A stretch of 64,000 bases of DNA from Octopus bimaculoides (taxonomy: Eukaryota), in NCBI RefSeq assembly GCF_001194135.2, contig NC_068984.1, positions 69,766,715-69,830,714 of the forward strand. Reading direction: 5' to 3'. Shown here one piece after another: positions 12,895 to 24,720 of this stretch (the stretch's first letter is position 1; each line of letters starts with the position of its first letter). Both the position numbers and the translations under genes were made by a program. The notes beneath the pieces were generated by a model. That model did no database searches and was not told the DNA's origin. It saw nothing but the letters and a program-made list of their open reading frames with translations.

Positions 12895-13592
12895 GGGATC
12901 TTTTCTGTTTGGGTGCACCTGTAGAAATTTAAAAGTTTAGTGCAAATTAAAAAATTTCGTGTATTGATGTAATTTTCCATGCTGAATCTCAGGGGATATT
13001 TAACTTTTTTTAAGTAAGTTACAGAGGTTTAAAGTTTGATAATTTTTACCCAGTCAGAAAGCAAGATTTGGAAGCTGTCATTTTGAGTGTGACTGTACGT
13101 GTTATCGATTGTAAACAAATGAAATACTGGTAGGATTCTGCTTTATGCACAATATATAACCCCTAATAACTTTTTCTGTTTTGGAATTTTTAGAAAATTT
13201 TTGCAGATTTATAATCTACACATGGGAATTCATACAATTGCACAAAAGTGAAAAGAATTTTGGTGCATGATTTAAGACCTATTTAGCTGTTAATTTTAGC
13301 ACATCTCATGATCAACTCATACCTCATATTTTAAGCATTTAATAAGCGAAAATGACCACATGGATTGACAACCAAATCAGAGGGCTAAGCACCTTGGTAA
13401 CAGCTTGGCTTATTACTATGGAAACAGGCACCTATTTGTCTGTGACTTTTGATTGACTAGAACTACCCAAAATTTACAAACTTTAAAAGATATTAACTTT
13501 TTAATTAATTGGTTAATAGCAAAAAGGAATTTCATGTCAATGATTTCAAAATTTCAAAAATTGAAAAGTGGCAGCCAAACAGAAAAGATCGA
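12895..13592. mobile_element. Non-autonomous DNA transposon with long imperfect inverted termini (~700 bp)
   Basis: Perfect 16-bp IR gatcttttctgtttgg (12897) / ccaaacagaaaagatc (to 13590). Weaker subterminal IR: tttaaagtttgataatttt near 13030 versus aaaatttacaaactttaaa near 13470. No clean TSD; superfamily unassigned. Confidence 0.55.
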
Positions 13593-15949
13593 ATCTGATC
13601 AATATAGATAACTAAATACCAGCTTACACACCACAAGCTCACTGTATAACACATTAATTTAGAATGCAATCATTTACCCAGAAATATTTATAACATTTAG
13701 TTTATTTCTTATGGAAACTCCTTGAAATAGATATAGATTTGATTTCAACTTATTAATAGCAGCCTCAAAAGCCATCATCAAATACCCTGCATAGTGAAGA
13801 ACTTGTTGAATCTATATCATGTAAAGGAGAGTTATGAATTGTTATGATTGTATCCAGTGTAGGACTCTTGAATAATTAGAGTGGGATGTGAGGTAATAGT
13901 CATTGTAACAAAAGTAGCTTGGAGTGATAAAAGTAAAGTGACATACATGATAATACTTTTCTGAAATAGTTCATGTTTGATTGAGAATAATCTTGATTCT
14001 TAACAAAGGATTAAGTCTAAATTAAGCAACCCTATCACAATGTGTGTATGTGAGGGGGGGGGGGAGCGAGAGAGAGAGAAAGAGAGTGAGAGATACTCAC
14101 AGACACACACACTGAGAAGCAAAGACATAGACAGAGATTCATTGAAATGTCTTTTACATGCTTGATTAAGGAACTTGGTGCATAGTTCCAAATATGGTCA
14201 GGTGAATGTTTGTGTAGAGTTTACAATATAGAATAAAACTATATTTCTAATAACTTATTAAGAAATGTATCAGTGGAAAGAAAAGACAGTGATTTAGTAT
14301 GAGTGAATGAATCTTTTCAGGCTCAGAAGTACTTAGCCACCCTTTTATACAGCTGCTGTTTGTCTGTGAGAGAATCATTGTAAAGATGAATAACAAGTTT
14401 ATGCACTTGTGATGACCTCACTGAGAAATATGATGTCTATAACAGTTTAGGTTGCTTGGCTAGGGTCAGGGATGAAATACATTTGTTGCCTTGGATAATT
14501 AGCAGAGAATTGGTTGAAGTCAAGTCAATTAGTCATTTGAAGAGAATAATGAATGTAAATAGTATGTATTGTGATGGTTGTAGTAGAAGTTGTCAAATGA
14601 GCTATTCTCATATAACTGTAACAGAAAGTTTAATGAAGAATTCATGTTTGGAAGTAATAATTAGGTGAGCAGTAATACAGAAGTCAACAAGAGTGTCAGT
14701 GATATGATGGAAGGGATTAATTGTTGTAAGTTCCTGATAATAAAGAAATGTCAACCCACTTTGATCAGTTGAAATTTACTACGATAGATAACCTGCTTTC
14801 GAAGATATAAAGGTAAATAGTAATGATCATGATGATATAATACAGCAGTTGAAGATAAACTACATATTCTATTGTTCACAATATGAACAACTTGTTTGAA
14901 TAGAATAAATTTTATTTGGTTTCTTTCAGGAAGATTTACTAACTTGAATTGTAAATTTCATGCATGGTTTAACGAAAGGTTACTTGAGAGACTTAAGAGA
15001 AATTTATACACTAATATATGACAGCTTGAGTTAAGATTGGTTCCTACAACTAAAGTAAACAGAATCCATAAATCTGTAACATAACCTCAACAAACCTGGG
15101 AAAAACAAATTAGCAGCAAAAGTGATTGCTCGTTAATTTTACAAGGATTTAGGCTGATTGAATTTAATTACCTTTTCTTAGCAATAAAACTCCTGGAATA
15201 CTGTATAAAAAAATGATAGATTTTCTTCCTTTGGGGAAGAATTAACTAATTGGCTTGACTTCAGCCAATTCTCTGCCAATTATCCAAGACAACAAATTAT
15301 TTCTGCATGCATTTAAGCAGCCTTTGGCAATATACTTTCATCAGTTTCATACTTGCAGCATTCTTATTGGAAAATTGGAGATTTTTTTTTATGAACTAAG
15401 GTGCCATCAGATCTATCTGCCATATTTTTTTCCTTTCTACAAGTGTTTTTGTTAAAATTTTCCAAGTTGAGATTATAAAGGATGATTGGATGTATCACTA
15501 GAATGCTATTTTTAGAAATTTTGGATACAATATGTGATAAAAAAAGATGAGTTCTTATTTTAGAAAGAATACATTAAAATACATAAACATTGAGATCATT
15601 TTCTAATTATCTCTTGCATCTATTCAAATTTGATGGAAATAGAGAATAAGTAAAATGAATTGATAAAAATGAAGCTTATGAAAATCTTTTTATGGGGATC
15701 AGTGAAACCAGAGAAAATGAGTTCATACTAGAGTAATATATTTTTTAAATATTTACTTTGCTAATTTTATCATATTAATCTTAAAATTTTTATTTCTATA
15801 TTGCACACTACATTAATCTCATTATCTGATAGAAAAGTAAAATAAAAAGGAAAGTAAAGTATGAAATCTACTAGTTAGTGTTAGACTGATCTCTGATCTC
15901 CTGATCTTTTAATCAACTCTTGTGCTTAAATATAGAATTTTGATTTATC

Positions 15950-16327
15950 TTTTATGTTTTACTTGTTGAAGTCATTAGATTGGGGCACAATCTTGAAGAA
16001 CATTTAGTCAACTGACTCGATGCCAGTACTTTTTTTCAGTGTGGCACTTATTATATTGATCACTTTGCCAAACCACTAAGTTATGGGGATGTAAACATAC
16101 CAGTACAGACTACCAAGCAGTAGTAGGAGTCAAACACAAAACACAGTCACAAAAATACACACATACACGATGAGCTTCTTTTCAGCTTTTGTCAACCAGA
16201 TCTAGTCACAAAGCTTTGATCAGTCCAAGGTTATAGTAGAAAACACTTGCTCAAAGTGCCAGACAGTGGGACTGAACTCAGAACCATGTGGTTTGGAAGT
16301 GAGCTTCTTACCACACAGCCACACCTG
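15950..16327 (-). mobile_element. SINE family A, near full-length, diverged
   Basis: Head (caggtgtggctgtgtggtaagaagc on minus), central region and tail all present. Confidence 0.85.
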
Positions 16328-16510
16328 AACCTAATGTTTAAACATTTTTTAAAAACATAAATATTCAACATTTTCATGAAGTTAAGTGTAGAAGACAAAA
16401 TTGCGTATAGATTTTGACTGGTTTTGAAAATGATATGCCATCATCACTTATCACAATATTAAATGCTACATTTAAAGTTAGCCTCATAAAATATATTTTG
16501 TTTTTATAAT

Positions 16511-16900
16511 AGGTGCAGGAGTGTCTGTGTGGTAAGAAGCTTGCTTCCCAACCACATGGTACCAGGTTCTTTGTCACTGTGTGGCACCTTGGGCAAGTGG
16601 CTTGTGAGTGGATTAGGTAGACAGAAACTGAAAGAAGACTGTTGTATGTGTGTGCGTTTGTGTGCGTGTTTATTTGTGTGTCTGTGTTTGTCTCCTCACC
16701 TCCATCACTTGACACCGATGCTGGTGTGTTTATGTCTCCGTAACTTAGTGGTTAGGCAAAATAGACCAACAGAATAAGCACTAGGCTTACAAAGAATAAG
16801 TCCTGGAGTCAATTTGTTCAACAAAAGGCAGTGCTCCAGCATGGCTGCAGTCAAGTGACTGCAACAGGTAGAAGGGCAAAAAAATAAAAGAATAATAAAA
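16511..16900 (+). mobile_element. SINE family A, near full-length with a ~35-bp internal deletion
   Basis: ggtgcaggagtgtctgtgtggtaagaagc...cttgggcaagtg|gcttgtgagtgg...gcagtgctccagcatggctgcagtcaagtgactg. Confidence 0.9.
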
Positions 16901-17144
16901 CAGCATGTACAAATATCTAATATTACCACATTTTTTTAGTTCTGATTTTGTTGCTGAAATGTTGGGAATTTGCTTCATAAAGCATACCAAAGTTGACTCT
17001 AGGCATTTTTTGAGAAATAAGCATGTCTATAATTCAGTTATAAAAGAATTAAGTTATCACTGGCTGAGGAATCATATGGTAAAGGCACTAATGAAGAAGT
17101 TATTGACATGCATAGTATCTAATGCAAATCTGCAGAGTGGAACC

Positions 17145-17150
17145 CCTCTC

Positions 17151-17224
<74 letters not shown>

Positions 17225-17235
17225 CNNNNNNNNNN

Positions 17236-17270
<35 letters not shown>
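17145..17270. repeat. (CT)n microsatellite containing a 10-N gap
   Basis: Visible directly. Confidence 0.95.
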
Positions 17271-17272
<2 letters not shown>

Positions 17273-17636
17273 ATTTGCTTTCGCTTAGGTCATCCAGAGG
17301 AGTTGCTTATGCTTTTTACCACTATTGGGGCAAAAAGGGACCCCACAGTGCTACCTGCTTTTGAGTAAATAAGGGACACTCTTTGTGTCAACAAGGGAAT
17401 CCTTAGGGAATTGTTCAGCTTGCTACATCTCTTAGCTTCAGATCCCAACATACTGCCTTGAGTAAAAGTAAAGGAAGGATACATTAGATGTAGTTCTGCA
17501 CGCCCTGATAAGACAGGATGGCCATAATTGGATTGTATTTAACTTATATCTGTTCTGGAAGGTTGACCTAGGACAAATAACTACAACAGCAGCAGCAGCA
17601 GTAATAATTTACTTTCAATTTGGTGTATTTGACTAT

Positions 17637-17813
17637 TCACATGTTAAGGTTATCTCTACAGATATATTACAGAAATTATAGCCAGCACTAATATTTGTTA
17701 CAACATTTCGTATCCAAGACATCAGATGTAAGCAAACAGTAAAATGTTGCAACAAAAATCAGTGTTGGCAATAATTTCTATAGAAATCCTGTAGAAATAA
17801 CCTGAACATGTGA
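17637..17813. repeat. Imperfect palindrome, 72-bp arms and 33-nt loop
   Basis: 17637-17708 is the reverse complement of 17742-17813 apart from scattered mismatches and one ~9-nt divergent patch. Confidence 0.9.
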
Positions 17814-18638
17814 TGTAATAGCACTGCTAATACAGTAGAACATAGTATTCACATATAAATGCCAGGTTTCAAAAGAAAATAAATGCTGGGGGCAGTTCAT
17901 TGGACTAAGACATTTCAAGGTGGTACCCCAGCATGACTGTTGCCCAATGACTTAAACAAGCAATAGCAAAAAAGGAACCAGTCTAGTCAATCTCTATATC
18001 AAATAAATTCCACAAGTATTTTATTGTTTTTATATTAATTTGTATTTATTTAATAAATTGATTTAATGGATACCAAGACTGAGGAATAACTAGATTCTTG
18101 ACAGGATATTCACTACAGATTTTTCTGTTATGCGCCTCAGACAGTTATTCTGTGTAATATGCAAGGTGTACAAGAATTTATTCATAATCTGCAGAATTAA
18201 GTGTCTTTTGCAGAGACCAATGATTGTGACTGAACTATTAATCATTTGGCTAACAGGCTAATATCCCAAAGACTCAGACAACAGAGACTATTTCATTTTA
18301 TTTATAATTAACATTTCATTTCTCTTTTATACGCTATAAAAAGATTTAAAGCTAAATCAATAACTGTATTTTGTTATAAACCAGGTGAGATATTCTTTCT
18401 ATGTACACTCGAGGGGAAAATATTCTTTTAGAAAAACTTGAAATTGTTCAAATTAAATTATTAATGAATAAGTTCTTTGCAATGTTATATTTACTGACCC
18501 AATCATACATACACATGTGTGTACACACACACACACGAGAGAAAGAGAGAGAGAGAAAGAGGGAGAGACAGACAGACAGACTGACAGAAATTGATATGTA
18601 TTTATAGATATATGTGTGCATGTATGTATGTAGGTATG

Positions 18639-18697
<59 letters not shown>

Positions 18698-19303
18698 NNN
18701 NNNNNNNNNNNNNNNNNNNNNNNNNNNNNNNNNNNNNNNNNNNNNNNNNNNNNNNNNNNNNNNNNNNNNNNNNNNNNNNNNNNNNNNNNNNNNNNNNNNN
18801 NNNNNNNNNNNNNNNNNNNNNNNNNNNNNNNNNNNNNNNNNNNNNNNNNNNNNNNNNNNNNNNNNNNNNNNNNNNNNNNNNNNNNNNNNNNNNNNNNNNN
18901 NNNNNNNNNNNNNNNNNNNNNNNNNNNNNNNNNNNNNNNNNNNNNNNNNNNNNNNNNNNNNNNNNNNNNNNNNNNNNNNNNNNNNNNNNNNNNNNNNNNN
19001 NNNNNNNNNNNNNNNNNNNNNNNNNNNNNNNNNNNNNNNNNNNNNNNNNNNNNNNNNNNNNNNNNNNNNNNNNNNNNNNNNNNNNNNNNNNNNNNNNNNN
19101 NNNNNNNNNNNNNNNNNNNNNNNNNNNNNNNNNNNNNNNNNNNNNNNNNNNNNNNNNNNNNNNNNNNNNNNNNNNNNNNNNNNNNNNNNNNNNNNNNNNN
19201 NNNNNNNNNNNNNNNNNNNNNNNNNNNNNNNNNNNNNNNNNNNNNNNNNNNNNNNNNNNNNNNNNNNNNNNNNNNNNNNNNNNNNNNNNNNNNNNNNNNN
19301 NNN

Positions 19304-19393
19304 CACTAAGTTACAGGGACGTAAACGCATCAACATCGGTTGTCAAGCGATGTTGGAGGGGGGGGGGGCAAACACAGACACAAACATTTACAC

Positions 19394-19445
<52 letters not shown>
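19304..19445 (-). mobile_element. SINE family A, central part next to a gap
   Basis: cactaagttacagggacgtaaacgcatcaacatcggttgtcaagcgatg...aaacacagacacaaac. Confidence 0.85.
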
Positions 19446-19451
<6 letters not shown>

Positions 19452-19459
19452 TTACTCTT

Positions 19460-19860
19460 AAATGGGCCAGTTATGCTGCACTGGCATAGGCCATGGTTAG
19501 GGTCTCACTTGGCTTGCCGGGTCTTCTCAAGCACAGTATATCTCCAAAGGTCTTGATCACTAGTCATTGTCTCCATGAGACCCAGTATTCAAAGGTCATG
19601 TTTCACCACCTCATCCCAGGTCTTCCTGGGTCTACCTCTTCCACAGTTTCCCTCTACTGCTAGGGTTTGACACTTTTTCATACAGATGTCCTCATCCATA
19701 CGCAACACTTGAGCATACCAGCACAGTTGTCTCTCTTGTACACCATACTTGATGCTTCTTATGTCCAGCTTTTCTCTCAGGGTGCTTACACTCTGTCATG
19801 TATGCATACTGACATTACACATCCAGCAGAGCATACTAGGTTCATACCTTGCAAGCTTAA
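19460..19860 (-). mobile_element. RTE-clade LINE, ORF C-terminus and start of 3' UTR (pseudogenised)
   Basis: Minus frame reads EPSMLCWMCNVSMHT*QSVSTLREKLDIRSIKYGVQERQLCWYAQVLRMDEDICMKKCQTLAVEGNCGRGRPRKTWDEVVKHDL*ILGLMETMTSDQDLWRYTVLEKTRQAK*, a typical RTE RT C-terminus (LRWYGHV.RM, GRGRPRKTW). Confidence 0.9.
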
Positions 19861-19884
19861 AGAGTACCCTTTCAGTCATTGGGG

Positions 19885-20110
19885 AATAAACTGTGCTTGT
19901 GAATACCCGAGTCAAGTCATTGTTGTGGCCAATGACAGTACTGCCTGATTGGCACACATGCTTGTGAAACATAGAAAGCACAATTTGGGCATGGTCGATG
20001 CCAGTGCCACCTTCATGGTCCCATGCTGGTGGCACACAAAAAAGCACCATTCGAGCATGATCATTGCCAGTGCCACCTAACTGGCCATATGGCTGAAGCA
20101 AGTAAAAGAA
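19885..20110 (+). mobile_element. RTE 3' UTR repeat modules ending in a family A-like tail
   Basis: gtgcttgtgaatacccg...gccagtgccacc...gtggcacacaaaaaagcacc modules, then ctgaagcaagtaaaagaataaaagaat. Confidence 0.7.
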
Positions 20111-20115
20111 TAAAA

Positions 20116-20154
<39 letters not shown>

Positions 20155-20492
20155 TATATAAATAGATAGATAGATAGATAGATAGATTTCTGTATGCATA
20201 NNNNNNNNNNNNNNNNNNNNNNNNNNNNNNNNNNNNNNNNNNNNNNNNNNNNNNNNNNNNNNNNNNNNNNNNNNNNNNNNNNNNNNNNNNNNNNNNNNNN
20301 NNNNNNNNNNNNNNNNNNNNNNNNNNNNNNNNNNNNNNNNNNNNNNNNNNNNNNNNNNNNNNNNNNNNNNNNNNNNNNNNNNNNNNNNNNNNNNNNNNNN
20401 NNNNNNNNNNNNNNNNNNNNNNNNNNNNNNNNNNNNNTTTGTTTGGTGTGGAAATGATTCTTCCAGCTCACTGCCTTCCATTTGTGCATACA

Positions 20493-20710
20493 AATTCTTT
20501 TCTTCTCTAGGCAAAAGGCCTGAAATTTTGGGGGAGGGAGGCCAGTCGATTAGATCGATTCCAGTATGCAACTGGTACTTCATTTATCAACCCTTAAAGG
20601 ATGAAAGGCAAAGTCGACCTCGGCAGAATTTGAACTCAGAACATAAAGACAGACAAAATACTGCTAAGCATTTCTCCCGGTGTACTAATGTCTGCCAGCT
20701 CACCACCTTG
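20493..20710 (-). mobile_element. SINE family B, full-length with TSD
   Basis: Minus head aaggtggtgagctggcagac; core gtcgactttgcctttcatcc; 12-bp TSD tttgtgcataca at 20481-20492 and 20711-20722. Confidence 0.9.
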
Positions 20711-20723
20711 TTTGTGCATACAT

Positions 20724-20905
20724 ATTGAGAGCTTGTCAGTGCAGTGCTGTATGTCAGTGCAGTGCTGTATGTCAGTGCAGTGCTGTATGTCAGTGCAGTG
20801 CTGCATGTCAGTTTTGGTGGCAGCATTATGAGCATGGTCATCAGCAAAAAGGAAGACATTGATAGTGTCTGTCATCACCTTGATTTTGCTTGAAGCCTTA
20901 TGAGG
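20724..20905 (-). mobile_element. RTE-BovB-like LINE, RT catalytic-region fragment with an internal 18-bp minisatellite
   Basis: Reads (N)LIRLQAK/KVMTDTINVFLFADDHAHNAATKTDMQHCTD(IQHCTD)x3 KLS; LFADD is the catalytic YADD-equivalent motif. Confidence 0.85.
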
Positions 20906-20909
20906 CTAA

Positions 20910-21139
20910 CCTTTAAGCATTTGAACTGGCCAGATCCAGCCAGAGCCTATGAAAATATTCTACTTGTTTTATTGTTTAAACCAGCCAGATCTGAACTCTC
21001 ACACCTATCCTACCATGTCCTCCTAAAAATAAACAGTCACATCATCAAAATCTCAAATCTATGAGATAATGCTTGATTAATTCAAAACAATGTAATTAAT
21101 AAGCATTACATTCAACAGAATAATCTGAATGCTAAATGG
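20910..21139. mobile_element. TTAA-flanked MITE (~230 bp, piggyBac-like target site)
   Basis: ctaa|cctttaagcatt ... aatgctaaatgg|ttaa; a partial second copy lies at 56775-56929. Confidence 0.7.
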
Positions 21140-21143
21140 TTAA

Positions 21144-21545
21144 AGAAATTATTATAATATGGTGAACTCCAACAAAGCAAATGTTTCCAGGGAAACCAGA
21201 AAGAGCGTTTCAAAGACACTTTAAAAACTTCTCTAAAGGCCTTCAGTGTCAGCCATGTCACATAAAGGCAGATAGCTTAGGACAGAGGCAAGAGGCAATC
21301 AGTTATCTGCAATGATATGCAGACCTGCAAAGCCAACAAGCTGCTGCAGCTGATGAAAACATGCCAGCCAGGTGAACCTGCAGCATCAAATCTCCTAATA
21401 CCACTATTATTCCTTACCTACACTGCTAGAGAACATTCTAGACATGGATTGGTTTGATGAGTTACCAATGCACCTACAAACTCAATCCAAACCCCAACTG
21501 CAGGATGACTAGAAGGTCTTTGCCATTCTGATGATGAAAGTACAT
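21144..21545 (+). mobile_element. RTE-BovB-like LINE C-terminus and 3' end
   Basis: Reads YGELQQSKCFQGNQKERFKDTLKTSLKAFSVSHVT*RQIA*DRGK, then a decayed C-terminal zinc-finger-like region (IP..HC.RTF..WIGLMS) and a gatgatga tail. Confidence 0.8.
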
Positions 21546-22540
21546 GTGACATTACTCCACTCCACTATTTTTCTCTCTGGGTATTTTATTATTGTTGAAC
21601 AAAGAGAGTAAATTTTGTGTACAAAATAGCCACTTTATTATTTAAATATGATATAAATGACATTGATACTGCTTATTTTATTATCCACTGAATGATGAAT
21701 GGAAAGTAAATAGTTGCACTTTCTCAACATAAAAACGGGTCTCCCTCTCCTTCGAAATTAAGTGTTTAGCTGTTGGATGGACACCCATCAGTAATAAGCC
21801 ATGCTCTAAGAAATATATCAACCTGCTCATAGGGAAATATTGAAAAGTTTGGTAAGGATAATGGATATCATAAGATTTGAACACAGAACATAGTGAGTTA
21901 AGACTAAAGACTATAAAGTACATAGTTTAGAGTTTTATGGTGTCAGTCATCTTTGAATTTGTTCAGAGCTTCCTTGGTAAGGACTTTACTTTTTTTTATT
22001 TTATTTCCCTCTTTTGACACCTAAAGAAGATTCCTCTTCATCTTGAGAACTATCGAATTAGATGTAATCAGAAATAAATTGTTATTTTTATCAAACTACT
22101 CAATTAAGAAAAGTTTGAAAGGGATTATGTTATGTTTAAATTCCATGAGCCATTCTTATATGACAAGTAAAAATAAGGATTAATATAGGACTGAAGTTGT
22201 CTAATCTCAGGGTTGCAGGTTTAGAGATTATTTCAGACGCATAAGAAATGAGTAGTTTCCTCCATGTTAAGCTCAATTTTGTTTTTGAGTTTTTCCTGAC
22301 CGATTTTTTTTTTTTTTTTTGGTTTGTAAATAATATAGCAAAGCACAAAGCTTCATATTGCCTTCACATTTTTTGAAATACAGAACAAAAAAAGAAAATT
22401 AAAATAATAATAATAATAATTTTTGAGCATAAAATTTGATATTACTTGATATTAAAAGTATTCAGACTTTTAGAATATATTATACAATAGCTTAAAGATG
22501 AAATTCAGTAAAAGTTTATATTAGATAGATAGATAGAAAA

Positions 22541-22573
<33 letters not shown>

Positions 22574-24299
22574 GAGATAGATAGACAGTTAGATATAATA
22601 CATATATATGCTAACATATTTGGTGTAAACTTAGAATAATGTTATATGAAATGAAGTGGAAAGTAATTATATATTTAGGATGTGTATGTGAGAGAGAAAG
22701 TGACAGAGAGATTGTTTTGTATTATTTGAAAGTAAATTATCCTGTGGTCTGACAATTTTCTACTTTCAATATAATTCTAATCTTCAGTCATATTTTGTCT
22801 AGTTTTTGAGATTAACTTATATATGGTTGTATTATATTTTCTCAACATTTGGTCTGCATAAATAAAAATAATAATAAAATCAAAAGATTCCACTTTCCTT
22901 TTTACAATAAGTAAAAAATTCAAGCATGAATGATTCTCAAAAACAAATATTTTTTTCCTTTCTGTGTCTTGCTAAAAAAAAAAAAAAGATAGAAAAAAGA
23001 AAAACAGATATAGTAAAATATTTTCACTTCCTAAAAAATATTGATTATTATTGTTGTTGTCATTGTTGGTGGTGGTGTTGCTGTTGTTGTTATTATTATT
23101 GCTGTTATTTGAAAGTATCATTTGTTATGCAATAAATATTTTGTGATTGTCAATTAAGGCAGTGCAACAGGCTGGTCAAAGCCCACTCATTGAAACCAAT
23201 AAAATAGTATGAGTTTATTTAAGAAAAATCCAGAATGTGAAGTGTGTGTTCTTATGAATTACATAAGGCCAGAAGAAAACCTAGTTTCAGTTCTTTCCGG
23301 TAATATTTTTAAAGAACTTGTAATTTATAACATTTGACTCAGTTGTCGCTTGTGACTTGAATGCATTTCATATTTATTGAGTGATGTCTCATTCATAAGG
23401 TAAAATAATGTCATTTCTGTTTTTATTCATTAGCAATAGAGACGAAACTTCTACAGCTGCAGAGAAGACAACCTATCTGACTATTACTAGGCAAGTTTGG
23501 AAGCTGAGTTCACAAATACAATTTCTAGAGTGATGCCTCACAATAAAATATCATTGCAGTTTTACATTTTGGGATATGTGATAGGCCTAACATGATGTCC
23601 ATTTTATTAGCACCATCTAGCCTTTGGACACCTTCAGGAGAGTTCACTGGACCAGGTCCTTGGTTTTAGAATAAGGCAATCTTCTGATACTGATTTAGAA
23701 AGCAGTGTTTGTCAGTGGGTACAGGTAAAAAAGGTTACCTTAGGAAAAATTGTCATCACACAACATAGAAATCTGACTCCAAGGTTGCCCATTGATAGAT
23801 CAAGTTGAGGAGGCTGATCTGTTTTTCTTTCTTTCCCAGTTCATTACTGATGCCACATAAAACAGGATTTTCCATTGGACTGTTTATTAGGATCAAAATA
23901 GTGGCTAATGTAACTCTTAAGTAGATGCTTTTGGTTTTTCTCTTTCTAAAAGCCGCAACAAACAAAAATTTTATGAAGTAAGAATCTTTATAAATCTACT
24001 GAGATATCCAAAGATTTTATTTCAAACTGCACTACACCAACTATCTGAAGCTATCAAAGAAAGTATACATTTGATTCTTATACATATATCTCTAATTTCT
24101 TTTTCTAACCTAGCATTGCATTCAGGTCGCACTCTTTTCTCCAACTTGTTTAATACCCAAATCAACTCTAACCAAGCAGATCTGTCAGGAAAAACCTCCA
24201 AACCATGACTAATTCATCTTTATATGCACAAGGGACTATGTTGCCAGACATATTTTCATTTATATTTAAAACAATTTGAAGAAAGTTAGGTTGCTATTT

Positions 24300-24720
24300 T
24301 CAACAAATCAAGTAACTAAGTCAAAGTTTGCTGTTTAGCTCAGTTCTTAAGGATGATACTTATGCTGGCATAGAATTCGTAATTTATTTCTCCACCTAAA
24401 CTTCAGTAATTGTAAATTCCAGCTAACCTGACTCTAAATCTTTCTTCCTTTCTAATCCTTTTAAGTTCATTTGAAGTTTCTACTGCTCACATCAAAGACA
24501 CCTGTCTCACTTCATCTCTTTGAGGTCATTAGACTTCAAGATCCACATATACTCTGGACTCTTGCATTCCTCCCACGCTGGTACTACTGTTGTAGAGGTT
24601 GAATCATTTGCTATTTTTGAAGTGTCTGCACCTGTTATTAATCTTCACCTGCTCATATCATTAACAGACATCCCTATATATCAAATACTCTTGATCTCTT
24701 CTTCGCCTTAAAAACACCTC
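24300..24720 (+). mobile_element. Highly decayed non-LTR (CR1/L2-like) endonuclease fragment
   Basis: Patches such as HSSHAGTTVVEVESFAIF and ...NTLDLFF resemble the APE region after GDFN (..TLDL motif). Many stops and frameshifts. Confidence 0.4.

Noticed and set aside
20734-20812. Regular short repeats as a CRISPR-like array
   Set aside because: Units are contiguous with no unique spacers, the context is eukaryotic, and the array lies inside LINE RT coding sequence.
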